From Octopus sinensis (lineage: Eukaryota), in contig NC_043002.1 in assembly GCF_006345805.1 (NCBI RefSeq), forward strand, positions 113,832,001 through 113,896,000: 64,000 nucleotides of DNA. Reading direction: 5' to 3'. Made by a program: the position numbers and the translations under genes. The notes below the pieces were generated by a model that saw only the letters and a list, made by a program, of their open reading frames with translations, made no database searches and was not told the origin of the DNA. Shown piece by piece: positions 36,288-50,381 of the stretch. The first letter of the stretch is position 1. Every line of letters starts with the position of its first letter.

Positions 36288-36516
36288 TTAACCCTTTTGT
36301 TACCAAACCGGCTGAAACCAGCTCTGGCTCTGTAGTACAAATGTATTGTTTTCATAAGTTCTGAATTAAAATCTTCCACCAAACCTTAGTCACAATTTAT
36401 GTTCCTAACACTAGCTGAATGATAACCAAGTTATTTTACTAAATTCTTTGTTATATTTAAAGTAACTGAAAGAAACACAGAGCATCCCAAAATAAATACA
36501 GTAATGAAAGGGTTAA
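36288..36516 (+). mobile_element. piggyBac-type MITE, family 1
   Basis: TTAAcccttttgttacc...gtaatgaaagggTTAA; third copy. Confidence 0.85.
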
Positions 36517-37143
36517 AAATACTATTGATTTTGTTTTCTTTTCAACCCATCACTGCAGCAGCCACTTTCTCATGTGTGTTGAAAGTTTATTCTTATTCTA
36601 ATATATGCATTCACTGAGAAATGAGTGCAGAAGGGAGAACATGAGGTATCTTATGCTACCTTTGATTTGTTGTTTCATGGCTCTGAGTTTAAATTACAAA
36701 GTCAGTTTGGACAGTCATTTGTTGAAAGTTGGCTTCCTTGGCCACGTGGTTTCATGGGTTCAGTTCCACTGCATGGCACCTTTGGCAAGTGTCTTCTACA
36801 ATAGCTCCAGGACAACCAAAGCCTTGTGAGTAAGTTTGATTGACAGAAACTGAAAGAAGCCTGTTGGTGTGCATGTTTGTTGACAACTTAACAACTGGTT
36901 TGTTTACATCCCTGTAACTTAGCAGTTCAACAAAAGAAACCAACAGAATAAGTACCAGATTTTTAAAAATAAGGACTCGGATCAATTTCTTTGACTAAAA
37001 CCCTTTGAAGTGGTGCTCCAGTATGGTCACAGTCCAATGACAGAAACAACTAAAAGATAAAAGAACATGCATATCAATAATTCTACAAGGAGTAAAATTT
37101 AAATGGACGCTAACGAAGAAGGAACCAACTCAATCATTTTCTA

Positions 37144-37487
37144 TTTAACTCTTTAGCATTCACACAAGCCATATCCAACCAAAATATTCTACATGTTTTA
37201 TGTTCAAACTGGCCGGATCTGGCCTCTCCCAGCTATCCTATAATGTCATCATCATCATCATTTAACATCCATTTTCCATAGATTGGACAGTTTGACAGAA
37301 GCTGATCAGTCTTCATATCTGTTCTGGCATGGTTTCTATGGCCAGATGCCCTTTCTAATGCCAATGTCATTCTAAAAATGAATAATCACATCATCAAAAT
37401 CTCAAAGCAACAAGATAATGGTTGATTAATTCAAAATAATATGAACTAATGAATAAGCATTACATTTGATAGAATGCGAAAGGGTTA
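37144..37487 (+). mobile_element. Family-2 TTAA MITE interrupted by an old family-A fragment
   Basis: ttaactctttagcatt...gaaagggttaa; the insert at 37246-37365 is bounded by an aatgtcat duplication. Confidence 0.7.
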
Positions 37488-38945
37488 ATAGAATGAAATT
37501 CTTCTAAGATATGAAATGGCTGAGAAGATAAGGTCCTGAACCACCAACACATCATAAGTTCATATCCTTTGTAGGAGTTATGTTTCAGGTCAAAGCATTT
37601 AATTCTACAGTGCCACAGTTCTGGAAACTGGTAGTAGGTTACTCTGACAAAGTTACTTCCAATAAACTAGTGTCCTTTCCAGAAGTCTTGCTCTCTCCCT
37701 TACTTAATAGGAGGTGGGGTTTAGCTGTGTGGTTAAAAGTCAACTTCACGAGTACATAGTCTCAAGTTCAATCTCGTTGCTTGGCACTTAAGAGAAGTGT
37801 CTTCTAAAGTAGTCTCAAAGTAATCAATAACCTTTTGAGTAGAATGGCAGGAAAAAACAGTATAGAAGAGTGTGTGTGTGTGTGTGTGTTATATCTATCA
37901 GTGTCGGGTGAGAACTGGTACATTCAAACAGAAATGCTATGCAGTCTTTAAGTTTGATTAAATTATTTCTTATAATGTCAATATTGATTTTAGATTTTGT
38001 AGCTTATGGCACCAATAAAATAAGTACCACACAAACTACTTGAGTTTGTTATAGTTGACTAAAAACCATTAAAGGTGGTGCGTCAGTAGTACTGCAGTCC
38101 AATCAGCAAACTAGTAAAAGAATAAAAGAATCGATGCTATAGAAACACGAATTAAACTCTTTGAATTTGCAGCACATTTCCATTTTTATGATAAGATGAC
38201 TGGAGTAAAATATGCTTCATTGAATTTATACAATGCATATGAGATGACTTTAAACCCTGACCTAGTGTCTCAGCCACTTGTACCACTCTACCTGCAGATC
38301 ATTGCCACTGCCACCATCATCTCATCATTCTTATATAATGTGCTTGCATAGATCAGACAGAATTTTGTTGAGACAAATTTTCTATGTCAAGATGCCGATG
38401 GCCTTCCTGACACCAACCTTCACCTGTTTCCAGGTAAGTTAATATTTCCCCGTGGCCAGAGGTGTTTTTCACAGAAGACTAGAGATGAACAACATTGCTT
38501 GTATGACGATGATGTTCATTTACAGTAACCATCATGTGATGTCAGGAATATAATGGAGGTGGAATAGAGGACCTGAGAATGTGAATGGGTCAATAAGTAA
38601 ATTCTTGAGAGTGTGAAAAGAGAGAAGTAAATGGATAGAGAAGGGGTAGAGGGAAATGCAGTAGTCAACACAGGTAGATGGATGGTGGGAATTGAGAAGT
38701 AGAATTGTAGGAGTGGGTGTTAGGAAGATGAGCTGAGATGGGGAGAATAACTGTATTGATGAGTTTATGCTTGAATTAAAAAAAAAAAAAAACAGAAGAG
38801 GAATGGTGAGAAGGCTAACAAATACCTACAAAAGTTTTAAAAGGGCTTATTCAAGAAGTTCTTTCTATGTCAGACTCGGTGGAAAATTCACTTCTATGTA
38901 TTTGTTTTGCAAGATACCAGAAGTGAGATCATGTGTTAAAACAGA

Positions 38946-39151
38946 TGTTATATTTGGGTATGGTCATATTTTGCCAGACTAAACAGAACAAGAGGAGACA
39001 CATGGGATAAAGAGTCACTGAAGAGGTCACAGGACGTGTGATGAAAGTGCTTAGATGAAGGACATTGAAATAATAACAATAATAAAGCTGAAGTGAAGAC
39101 TAAATGCATGTGTCTAATTGGCAAAAGTATGACCCTCCCCAAATATAACAA
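38946..39151. mobile_element. Internally deleted copy of the 10701-11077 foldback MITE
   Basis: Both TIRs (tgttatatttggg...ccccaaatataaca) are retained, but only the right inner arm (gagacacatgggataaagagtcactgaagaggtcac). Confidence 0.7.
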
Positions 39152-39984
39152 TATCAGCAGAAAATGTTTTAATTTAAAATAACAATAATAATAATTCTAT
39201 TTTCTGAATCTATTAACAAAGACCTTGCTTGTAGTTTGATAACCTAGAATTGACTCTGTTAAGTAGATTGGTGGCCACAGATACTGAAAACTTAAAATAG
39301 AGTTCATATTTGGAAATGAGAAAAGTTTAATTGTGAAACAGCAAAATTCAGAATTTCAGGAACTTGATATGTCATTAGGAGTGTAAACAGCTGGTCCTGT
39401 TAAGTGATAAGGTATGCAATTATAAGCTTATGTTGAACTCCGAGTTAATGCCCTACGAAGATCAAGGAGTAATTTGGTCAACTAAAAAGAGATGAGTCCT
39501 GTTTAATGCTCTGTGCCAACTAATTAAAAATAACAATAACCTTGTGTTTTTTAACTGTCACAGAAATTGTCCTAACTGAAACACCAGGAAGTAATAATGT
39601 GTGAAAATACAGTGTAAAATGTTCACAAAGGAAATAAACCAGAATATTACGAATCAATGAGAAAATGTGTCAGCAGTCCTTCAGCTATAAATAGCAGCCA
39701 AATCTCATTCAACACATAATCTTACAAAGGTAAAAAATAGAATATTTGGTAACGAAGTCCTTGATATACTATACCTAAAAAAAGGAGATGTCATGACTGG
39801 AATGTGGATCATAGGTTTGCTTGATCAGAGCTGACCTGGGGTTCCTCCTAAGGATCTCTAGAGTAACATTACTCAACAGGGTGTGTGGTTCAGAGATCTT
39901 GGAGTCACTCCAAATTCTTCTGCATTGAAAGTCACATCTCCGGTACTGTGAACATGTGATTCGAATGTCACAGGAAAGAATCAC

Positions 39985-40240
39985 AAGCCAGATTCTTCAA
40001 GCTGAACCAACCAGCAGAAGACTTAGGGGTAGACCAAGAATGAGATGGTTGGATGATATCCACAGTCTCAGGGGGGGGGGGTCATGCTTGGGAATCAAAC
40101 TAGAAAGTCTTAATGACAATTGCTTCTGATAGGACCCTGTAGAGGAGGTGCCTGAATTCTACACCTCCTCCATCCAACCATGACCCTGCCAGGAATAGTA
40201 AGCAGAGAAGATGAATGAATGGATGGGTGGAATATTATAT
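39985..40240 (+). mobile_element. Degraded RTE-type LINE 3' end
   Basis: ILQAEPTSRRLRGRPRMRWLDDI motif and a (tgaa/tgga)n tail. Confidence 0.6.
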
Positions 40241-41965
40241 TTGCTTGGAACAAATAGTACATATTACATAACAGCTATTCAACTAGTAAAGTGATACTGT
40301 CAATGAGTTAAAGCGAGATTAAAGATGAAATGTGTATGAAATTAGATTCTCACATTATTTTCCTTGCAGGTTAAACTGATGGATGCTGTCTTAAAGTAAT
40401 ATTATCAAAGAAGAAAATTTTAAAAAATATAACTTTGAATAAAGCAAATCAAAAGTACAACATGAATCCATGAAATATATTCATTATTTAATAAGATACC
40501 TACAAAAATAGATCTATTTGCAAACAGAATGTGAGAACAAACATCTGTGATGTACCTGCTTAGAACGACACTGTAAATATTAATTATTAGATATGAAGGC
40601 AGAATCGTTAGCACGCCGGACGAAATGCTTGGCGGTATTTCGTCTGGCGTTACGTTCTGAGTTCGAATTCCACCAAGGTTGACTTTGCCTTTCATCCTTT
40701 CGGGGTCGATAAATTAAGTACCAGTTACACACTGAGGTTAATGTAATCGACTTAATCGTTTTGTCTGTCCTTGTTTGTCCCCTCTGTGTTTAGCCCCTTG
40801 TGGGCAATAAAGAAATATGAAGCATACATTATTTCAAATTTGTTATAAAAATACAAACTGAATGTTTGGAATTCAGAATATAATTCAGTAAATGACTACT
40901 GTGCTGAGCCTAATTTCCATTATAGATTTAGTGGGTATTATGCTATGAATACCTTGCACTGTAAGTTAAACTCTATAATACATTAGATATAATGAAAATA
41001 AAGACAGAATTGCTACTATAATTAAATGTGAGCAGAACTGCATACTTCACTAACTTTTCCCTACTATCACTTTTTCTTTCTCACTACCTGAAATCATTTC
41101 CTTTGATATCCATCCTTCACTCTTATACTGTACCATCTACCTACATTTTACGTTGATCAGCTCCCTAAACCACCAAATTATTTCTCCTTCCCTGTCACCA
41201 TACGTATCTGTCTCCTACCATAAAAAATGTACGTTTAAGATAAACACTCAGTATAAGTTCACCTAACATCATGTAGTTCTATTATATAGAATATACATAT
41301 GTACATGTGTGTATATACATACATGTGTGTATATACATACATGCAACAGAGAATTTATGAGAAATGCTTCTGAAAATATTTGAAATATTTTTCACATTTC
41401 TTCATTATTTTTATTTGTTTAAGAATACTAATTTTGAAATTTGACCTTCAAATCTTCATTGGACTGCTTTGGAATTTTAAATATTTAGTAAGTTTTGTTT
41501 TCGATTAAAGAATTTATGTATGTGTGTGTACACAAGGTAAGTAAATATATGTAATTTTGTGTGTGTAGATGTGTGCAAGAAAGAAGGCCATGCTAGTATG
41601 TATGTGATGTATATGAATGAGGACAGTTGTATGCAGTACTGTTAATTTAATGTGGATGAAGTTTGCAGGAGTGTAGTGGGTGCCTTTTATACGTCACTGG
41701 CACTGGCCATGACTATGATTTCACTTAGCTTGATATGTCTTTTCAAGCACAGCAAAAACCACCGGACTTGATATCCACAAATATATATATTCCAGCCATA
41801 TTTTTATAACTTGGATTCAGGAGGAAACAAAGGATCCACAGCCATTTCTAGGTTCCTCTTAAACTAAAAGAACAGTTTGAAAATTGGGTTAAAAGAAATA
41901 CAATATTAACAAAACAGCAAGACATATCTTTAACAACTATCCAGCATGGTTTCTATGATTACGTA

Positions 41966-42372
41966 GGCGCAGGAGTGGCTGTGTGGTAAGTAGCTTGCTA
42001 ACCAACCACATGGTTCTGGGTCCAGTCCCACTGCATGGCATCTTGGGCAAGTGTCTTCTGCTATAGCCCCGGGCCGACCAATGCCTTGTGAGTGGATTTG
42101 GTAGACGGAAACTGAAAGAAGCCTGTCGTATATATGTATGTATATATAAGTGTGTGTGTATATGTTTGTGTGTTTGTGTTTGTCCCCCTAGCATTGCTTG
42201 ACAACCGATGCTGGTGTGTTTACGTCCCCGTCACTTAGCAGTTCGGCAAAAGATACCGATAAAATAAGTACTGGGCTTACAAAGAATAAGTCCTGGGGTC
42301 GATTTGCTCGACTAAAGGTGGTGCTCCAGCATGGCCGCAGTCAAATGACTGAACCAAGTAAAAGAGTAAAGA
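41966..42372 (+). mobile_element. SINE family B, full length
   Basis: ggcgcaggagtggctgtgtggtaagtagcttgc ... gaaccaagtaaaagagtaaagag. Confidence 0.9.
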
Positions 42373-43069
42373 GAATACATTCTAAGTTCCTACATGCAAC
42401 ACTGGCTTTATGATCCAGTCTTCTTCCCATATAAACCATATCAGTATTATCTCTTTCATTGAAAATAACTAATTTTGAAACAAATTTTAACACTCTTATC
42501 TTTTAAAAGTGATCTTTTTTTTCATTTTGCTTTTATCTTTTCTTTTTTCATTTTTTTTTTTGATATCTTAGAACACACACACACACAAACACACAAACAC
42601 ACACACACACACAGCAATACAGCATGTTTATGAATAAACTATTTCATATGCTGTCAGATTCCTAATGTTTATCAAAAAATTATTTAGTCTTGCTGTACGT
42701 GATGAGTGGTTTTGCATATGCACACACTCACACACAATTGTATAGGTGTCTGTGAATGTGTATGTGCAAGAGAGAGAAAGAGAGGGGTAGAAGTGAGAGA
42801 GTGGATGATCGCTGTTTACATTGAGGTACTCAAACACACTTGTGGTAAAGTGTATATGCACGTGTAAGTAATTATGTCATTAAAATCCATAGAATGCTTT
42901 CACGCAAGTCTCCATGAAGATACTTATGTGATGCTCAGTGGATGATGTGAAGTACTGACACATACACACAGAATCTCAGCATTCAATCTTGTTTCATATC
43001 TACTCAATCATTTGTCTTTAATAGAACCAATTTCTATTATCAACAATATCGTGATCTTTTATTTACGCT

Positions 43070-43466
43070 TTTACTCTTTTACTTGTTTCAGTCATTTGAC
43101 TGAGGCCATGCTGGAGCACCGCCTTTAGTCGAGCAAATCGACCCCGGGACTTATTCTTTGTAAGCCCAATACTTATTCTATCAATCTCTTTTGCCGAACT
43201 GCTAAGTGACGGGGACGTAAACACACCAGCATCGGTTGTCAAGCAATGCTAGGGGGACAAACACAAACATACACGCACACATATATAAACATATATATAC
43301 ATATATACGACAGGCTTCTTTCAGTTTCCGTCTACCAAATCCACTCACAAGGCATTGGTCGGCCCGAGGCTATAGCAGAAGACACTTGCCCAAGATGCCA
43401 CGCAGTGGGACTGAACCCAGAAGTGGTTGGTAGGCAAGCTACTTACCACACAGCCACTCCTGCGCC
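43070..43466 (-). mobile_element. SINE family B, full length (inverted relative to 41966-42372)
   Basis: Reverse complement of the B consensus. Confidence 0.9.
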
Positions 43467-43512
43467 TTATTTATTTATTTATTTACTATTATTATTATTA
43501 TTATTATTATTA

Positions 43513-43725
43513 AGGTGGCAAACTGGCAGAATCGTTAGCACACTGGGCAAGATGCTTCATGGCACTTCACCTGTCGCTAAATTCTGAGTTCAAATTACAC
43601 TGAGATCGACTTTGCCTTTTATCCTTTCAGGGTCGATAAAGTACCAGTGAAACACTGGGGTAAATGTAATCAACTAGTCCCCTCCCCAAAAATTTCAGGC
43701 CTTGTGCCTTTGGTAGTAAGGATTA
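43513..43725 (+). mobile_element. SINE family D2 within (TTA)n
   Basis: (tta)n aaggtggcaaactggcagaatcg ... ttcaggccttgtgcct...ggattattat. Confidence 0.8.
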
Positions 43726-44106
43726 TTATCATTATTATTTCTCAGTATCATGTTTGTGCATATAAATAGGTAATAACAGAGATTACAAAGTCCCTTATGT
43801 AAAGCTTTGGACACCTGGCTTTATGAGTGATTAATCAATAGGTAGAAAATCTGTAAACCCAGTCAATACATTTGTAATCTTAGTGTACACACACACTGTC
43901 AACATCCTGTTTGGCACTTTGGGACAAATATATCCAGCCAAATTGGTGTGTGTGTTCCAAATACTTTATTTTATAAGTCAATTGTAGTAGCTTTAGAACC
44001 TCAAAAATGAAGCACTGATTCACTGACGACAAAGCTTCTAGTTTGACTATCTACAAAGCAATTTCCTCAAAACTATTATTATTATCATTTACATAAAATA
44101 TACCCT

Positions 44107-44307
44107 CTCTTTTACTTGTTTCAGTCATTTGACTGTGGCCATGCTGGAGCACCGCCTTTAGTTGAGCAAATCGACCCCAGGACTTAATCTTTGTAAGCCT
44201 AGTACTTATTCTATCGGTCTCTTTTGCTGAACCGCTAAGTTACGGGGACGTAAACACACTAGCATCGGTTGTCAAGCGATGTTGGGGGGACAAACACAGA
44301 CACACAA

Positions 44308-44340
<33 letters not shown>

Positions 44341-44512
44341 CATATATATACAACGGGCTTCTTTCAGTTTCTGTCTACCAAATCCACTCACAAGGCTTTG
44401 GTCGGCCCGAGGCTATAGTAGAAGACACTTGCCCAAGATGCCACGCAGTGGGACTGAACCCGGAACCATGTGGTTGGTTAGCAAGCTACTTACCACACAG
44501 CCACTCCTGCAC
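44107..44512 (-). mobile_element. SINE family B, full length
   Basis: Reverse complement of the B consensus. Confidence 0.9.
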
Positions 44513-45024
44513 TTATACAAATCTATTTTAAGAAACTCAAAAATTTCACCATTCATAACTTTTCCTATGACGTAATATATATCATGAAGTGGCTCTCAGC
44601 AGAGAATCAAAACTATGTCACTGAGACAGTTCCTAGAATTATCAGCTCACAGCTTTAAGTGAACAAAATATGGATTTTTCAACCAGATATTTAAGCTAGT
44701 CGTTATTTTACTTTGCAAAAATCTGTACGAGAATGCTGTACAAATCTGTAGCGAGAAATATCATCAAATGTGTCCTACAGAGCTAAGGTTGGTGTGTAAG
44801 TGTTGTGTTGTTGGAGTGAATATTCAAATATAATGGTAATTCTATTGCTGACTGTCAAGACTACAGCAGAATGTACATAAAATTAAGAATCAAAAGGAAT
44901 GAACATAGGTGCCACTTCTCTTTCAATAAACATACATTCTATTTCAGTGTGTTTGTAAGGGTACAAAAATGCATGTGTGTGTGTGTATGTGTGTGTGTAT
45001 GTGTGTATATATATATATATATAT

Positions 45025-45416
45025 CTTTTTACTCTTTTACTTGTCTCAGTCATTTGACTGTGGCCATGCTGGAGCACCGCCTTTAGTCGAGCAAATCGAC
45101 CCCAGGACTTATTCTTTGTAAGCCCAGTACTTATTCTATCAGTCTCTTTTGCCGAACCGCTAAGTTACGGGGACGTAAACACACACCAGCATCAGTTGTC
45201 AAGCAATGCTAGGGGGACAAACACACACATACATATTTATACATACATATATACGACAGGCTTCTTTCAGTTTCCGTCAACCAAATCCACTCACAAGGCA
45301 TTGGTCGGCCCGGGGCTATAGCAGAAGACACTTGCCCAAGATGCCACGCAGTGGGACTGAACCCGGAACCATGTGGTTGGTTAGCAAGTTACTTACCACA
45401 CAGCCACTCCTGCGCT
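45025..45416 (-). mobile_element. SINE family B, full length
   Basis: Reverse complement of the B consensus. Confidence 0.9.
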
Positions 45417-45441
45417 TATATATATATATATATAATCTTTG

Positions 45442-45750
45442 TGGAGGTGCAATGGTCCAGTGGTTAGGGCAGTGGACTTGCGGTCATAGGATCACGGTTT
45501 TGATTCCCAGACCGGGCATTGTGAGTGTTTATTGAGCGAAAACACCTAAAGCTCCACAAGGCTCCGGCAGGGGGGGGGGTGGCGATCCCTGCTGTACTCT
45601 TTCGCCACAACTTTCTCTCACTCTTTCTCCTGTTGGCCTGCTGGCTTAGCCAGCGGGGTGGTATCATTAGAAGGCTAAAACAATGCAAAGTGCATTGTGA
45701 CCAGCGATGTATAACAACATCTGATAGCCTGGTCAGTCACGGTGATCAGT
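45442..45750 (+). mobile_element. SINE family F (tRNA-like head)
   Basis: ggaggtgcaatggtccagtggttagggcagtggacttgcggtc...gattcccagaccgg (A/B-box-like); tail ...ataacaacatctgatagcctggtcagtcacggtgat. Confidence 0.8.
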
Positions 45751-46390
45751 GATATATAATCTTTAATCTTTTACTTGTTTTAGTCATTAGACTGTGGTGA
45801 TGGTGGGGCACCACCTGGAAGAATTTAAGTTGAATGAACCAACCCCAATACTATTCTTTTTTCATTCTTTAAAGATTGGTACTTAATTTATTAGTTTCTT
45901 TTGTCAAACTGGTAAGTTACAGCGATGCAAACACACCAACACTGGTTGTCAAGCAGTGGTGGGGAACAGACAGACACACACACACACTTATAATAGGTTT
46001 CTTTCAATTTCTGTTCACCAAATCCACTCACAAGGTTTTGGTCAACCTGAAACTATAGTGGAAGACACTTGCCAAGGTGCCACATAGTGGGTCTGAACCT
46101 GGAACCCTGTGGTTGGGAAGCAAACTTCTTACCACACAGACATAAACACATGTATGTGTATGTAAAATATTGGATGTACTCATGGCTGGAGAGTTAAAAT
46201 GCTGGGTTTGATCTTGGGCAAGTGTCTTTACAATAACCTCAGGTCAACCCCAAATCCTGCTGGTGACATCAGGTAGTCAGAAAATACATGGATGCTTGTC
46301 AGTTAGACAGTTCATGTAATTCAAAGGAGCAGCCTTGTCATATATTGTAACATGCTAATTTACATATCTGTGGAGGGATATATGAAAGTA

Positions 46391-46428
<38 letters not shown>

Positions 46429-46439
46429 GGTATACATTG

Positions 46440-46645
46440 GCACGCCGGGTGAAATGCTTAGCGGTATTTCGTCTGCGTTACGTTGTGAGTTCGAATTCCG
46501 CCGAGGTCGACTTTGCCTTTCATCCTTTCGGATGAATTAAGTACCAGTTACACACTGGGGTTGATGTAATCGACTTAATACCTATGTCTGTCCTTGTTTG
46601 TCCCCTCTGTGTTTAGCCCCTTGTGGGTAATAAAGAAATAGGTAT
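46440..46645 (+). mobile_element. 5'-truncated SINE D1 with TSD aggtatacat
   Basis: gaaggtatacattggcacgccgg ... aaagaaataggtatacat. Confidence 0.85.
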
Positions 46646-47312
46646 ACATATCTGTGGAATACTCAACCTCTTTAATGCTAATTCAATAAGTCAGATGATC
46701 AGTTGACTGAACAACCAGTTGCTCATCAGTAAAACCAATGGAGGATTCATCATAAAATAAAAAACTTAAGGCATGCTTTTTAGAAAACCTTATGTTTAGT
46801 CTGGCTTATGAAAAGTAGACACTTTAATTAGACCACAGGTTTTTCTCTGTGGATAGAAAAACAAATTGATTTGACTGGTTTTGTTGTTTATCAAAGTCTC
46901 AGAGACTGATTTCCACACTTTCAGGCCACTAGTTGTTAATATTTTAATTCATTAATAAAAAAAAAAAAAATGACATTGTCTGAGTCTTCTAAAAGATGTA
47001 AATTTCAGGTTGTACCTTTTTATGCCATTACATTTCTTCATGTATTCCGGTGTTTAATATTACCAAACCTCTATCTATTACTTGGATTATCCATAACTTC
47101 TACATTCTGCTTATACTACAAATATTCCTTTTAACTTTTCTTGTTTTAATTTAATAAGCTATATTAATTAATTTTTTCTTCCAATTTATGGTGATAGGTA
47201 TTTTTCGTATATAGATTATTCGATATATAAACACTACCATGAAGTAACTTAGTCCGCCTCCTCTGCCACTGCTATCTCGGAAAAGGCATGAACATCATGA
47301 TCTGATTATTAA

Positions 47313-47610
47313 TCATCATTGTTTAACGTCAGTTTTCTATGCTGACATGGGTTGGGCGGTTCGACTGGGGTCTGTGAAGCCAGGAGGTTGCACCATGCTC
47401 CAGTCTGACCTGGCAGTGTTTCTGCAGCTGGATGCCCTTCCTAACACCAACCACTCCGTGAGTGTAGTGGGTGCTTTTTACGTGCCACCAGCACAGGGGC
47501 CAGAGGAGGCTGGCAAATGGCCACGATCGGTTGGTGCTTTTTACATGTCACCAACACAGACACCAGTCAGGCCACGTTCGGACGGTGCTTTTTACTTGTC
47601 ACCGGCAAGC
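47313..47610 (-). mobile_element. SINE-like family A
   Basis: catcattgtttaacgtcag...ggatgcccttcctaacacc...; 2-3 units. Confidence 0.8.
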
Positions 47611-47819
47611 CCTTGTGCTTTTGCAAAAGATAATTATTTATAAAACAAGTATCATACAGTTGGAGCTGAAGTCCATGCTGCAACCAATTCATTTCATTTT
47701 ATCATTAATATTTTCTTTACATACACACATATCTAAACTCAACACAGACACACACACATAATGATAAATGATCAAACCCATTGACTTAAGGGGGTTAGTA
47801 TGTCTATATATCTTCCACA

Positions 47820-48050
47820 AGGCGGCGAGCTGGCAGAAAGGTTAGCACGCCAGGCAAAATGCGTAGCCGTATTTCGTCTGTCGTTACGTTCCTAGTTCAA
47901 ATTCTGCCGAGGTCGACTTTGCCTTTCATCCTTTCGAGGTCGATTAACTAAGTACCAGTTACGCACTGGGGTCGATGTAATCGACTTAATCCCTTTGTCT
48001 GTTCTTGTTTGTCCCCTCTGTGTTTAGCCCCTTGTGGATAATAAAGAAAT
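47820..48050 (+). mobile_element. SINE family D1, full length
   Basis: ggcggcgagctggcag ... ccccttgtggataataaagaaata. Confidence 0.9.
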
Positions 48051-49736
48051 ATATATATCCCCCACAAGCATTAGCAATAAAAGTCAGTTTTACATCTGAT
48101 ATGTCATTCTTTATAATGGAACTTATCGAATGTTGCAATAAATTAGATGCAGTTGATTGCTACATTTTATACAGAAGTACAATTAATTAAGATCCCTCAT
48201 TACATCTTACATAAAACAAACACATGTTACCCACATGTGCAAATGTTTTACATTGTACTTTCGAAAGATAAATTAATCTAAGATCTGAAATGTTCCAGAA
48301 ACTATTCAAGATAGCCTGAGAAAACCAACAGCAAATGCATTTTTTTCTCCCCCCCCCCCCCCCCATCCACCCCACCCCACCTTATAGTTTAGTTTAGTTT
48401 ATTCGCCATCCCCAAACCACTTTCTGATAATTTCCATTACACATTCTCTACTTATTCTAACAAAAGCCAGTTCATAATCAGCCTCACTTCCTCCAGAATG
48501 GCCACATAAAACTTCTTTCTATTAGTAATGGATGCATTTAAGTGCATTTACAAATGCTACTATATAACAGAATAAAAGATGATGGACTGACACAGTTTGT
48601 AGATTGGCAACAAAATACCCAGCAGTCAACTTTGCTTTCCACACTTCCAGAGTTGATAAAAGAAGTACTGGTCAAATACTTCACCAGTATAATCATCTTA
48701 ACATCCACTTTTCCATGTTTGCATGGCTCAGATGAATTTCTGAGGCAGATTTTCTGCAACTGGATGCCCTTTCTGTTGCCAACCTTCACATGATATCAAG
48801 ACAAGGGTACACACAAACACATGCACTTGCAATGTGCACACACTTGCACACACGTGTGCACATGACAAGCTTCTTGCCATCTTTGTCTACCGAATCCGCT
48901 CACAAACCTTTGGTCAGCTGGGGCTAAGTAAAAGACATTTACCCAAGGTGCCATGCAGTGGGACTGAACCCAAAACTACATGGATAGGAAGCAAGCATCT
49001 TAACCACATACCCACACCTGCACCTACTTGGTTGATTTAATTGATTATACTCTCCCCCAAATCTGTGGCCTCATGCCAATGTTATAAATCAATATTTGTC
49101 AGAGTAAAGGAATGGCAGATGGTAGAATTGGTAGAGAATTTACTGAGCTTTTTATCCTTCAACAGTCTATAAATGAATACTGGTAATATACAGACAGTAG
49201 AGTTAATTAAAAACATTCCTTCTTTATAAACATGTGACATCGTTCAGATGTAAAAAACTTAATAGTAGACAGGATAATTAGTCCATTATTTTATTTATTA
49301 CATATAACATTGTACTATGCATACATTTTTCAAATGATAAGTTATTGTTACTGTTGTTCTTGTAACTTGGCAACATTCTGCATCATTATAGTTTATTTTC
49401 TATTTTATAATTTTGTCTGCAAAGGACAGTGTACCATAGCAATTCTGCTGGAGGTGTAGTTCCAGTGGAGCGCAAAATGGAGAGAAGGTCCAGAGAAGGC
49501 TTAACTCTTTGGCATTCACATCATTTTTAATTAATCATGCATTATCATGTAACTATGCAACTTTAATGAGGTAACTAAATTTTTAGAATGCTATTGTAGT
49601 GTTGGTGTGAGAAGTCACATTTGGTCATAAAAACATAAAACAGGTAGAATATTTTGGTCGAGGGGAATGTTGGGAGATATGGCAGGATTGAATTAGAGGT
49701 GCAGCTAGCAATGAAGCAGGTGGAAAGCAAGAAAAG

Positions 49737-49776
<40 letters not shown>

Positions 49777-50148
49777 AACAGGCAGACAGACAGAAACCGA
49801 GAGAGAAGTCAACAGTGGACAAAGGAATGGATTGAGTGTGGTTGTAAGAGAAAGCTAAATCTTCTACTCTACAGTGAATGATTTTTAACTGTGTGTGCTG
49901 GTGTTGTTTGAATACATTTGTTGTGATGAGCTTGTGCATGTTCACAACTATTAAATGAAACTATTAAACTATTTCAACAATCACAATTACAAACAACTGG
50001 CTGTGTGGTAAGAATTCTGCTTCTCAGCCATATGGTTTTGGGTTCAGACTCACTGTGTGGAACCTTGGGCAAGTGTCTTCTTCTATAGCCTCGGGGTGAC
50101 TAAAGCCTTGTGAGTGGATTTGGCAGACAGAAAATTAAAGAAACCTTT

Positions 50149-50381
50149 AAGGCGGTGAACTGGCAGAAACATTAGCATGCCAGGCAAAATGCTTAGCGGT
50201 ATTTCGTCTGCTGTTATATTCTGAGTTCAAATTCCGTCAAGGTCGACTCTGCCTTTCATCCCATCGGGGTCAAAAAATTAAGCACCAGTTACGCACCGGG
50301 GTCGATGTAATTGACTTAATCCATTTGTCTGTCCTTGTTTGTCCCCTCTGTGTGTAGCCCCTTGTAGGCAGTAAAGAAATA
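50149..50381 (+). mobile_element. SINE D1 nested in a family-B SINE with an 18-bp TSD
   Basis: agaaaattaaagaaacct at 50129-50146 and 50382-50399; the B head starts near 49995. Confidence 0.9.

Noticed and set aside
45442-45515. tRNA-like sequences (also 26100-26173 and 60415-60485)
   Set aside because: There is no complete cloverleaf or acceptor stem, and each continues into a SINE body; these are SINE heads.
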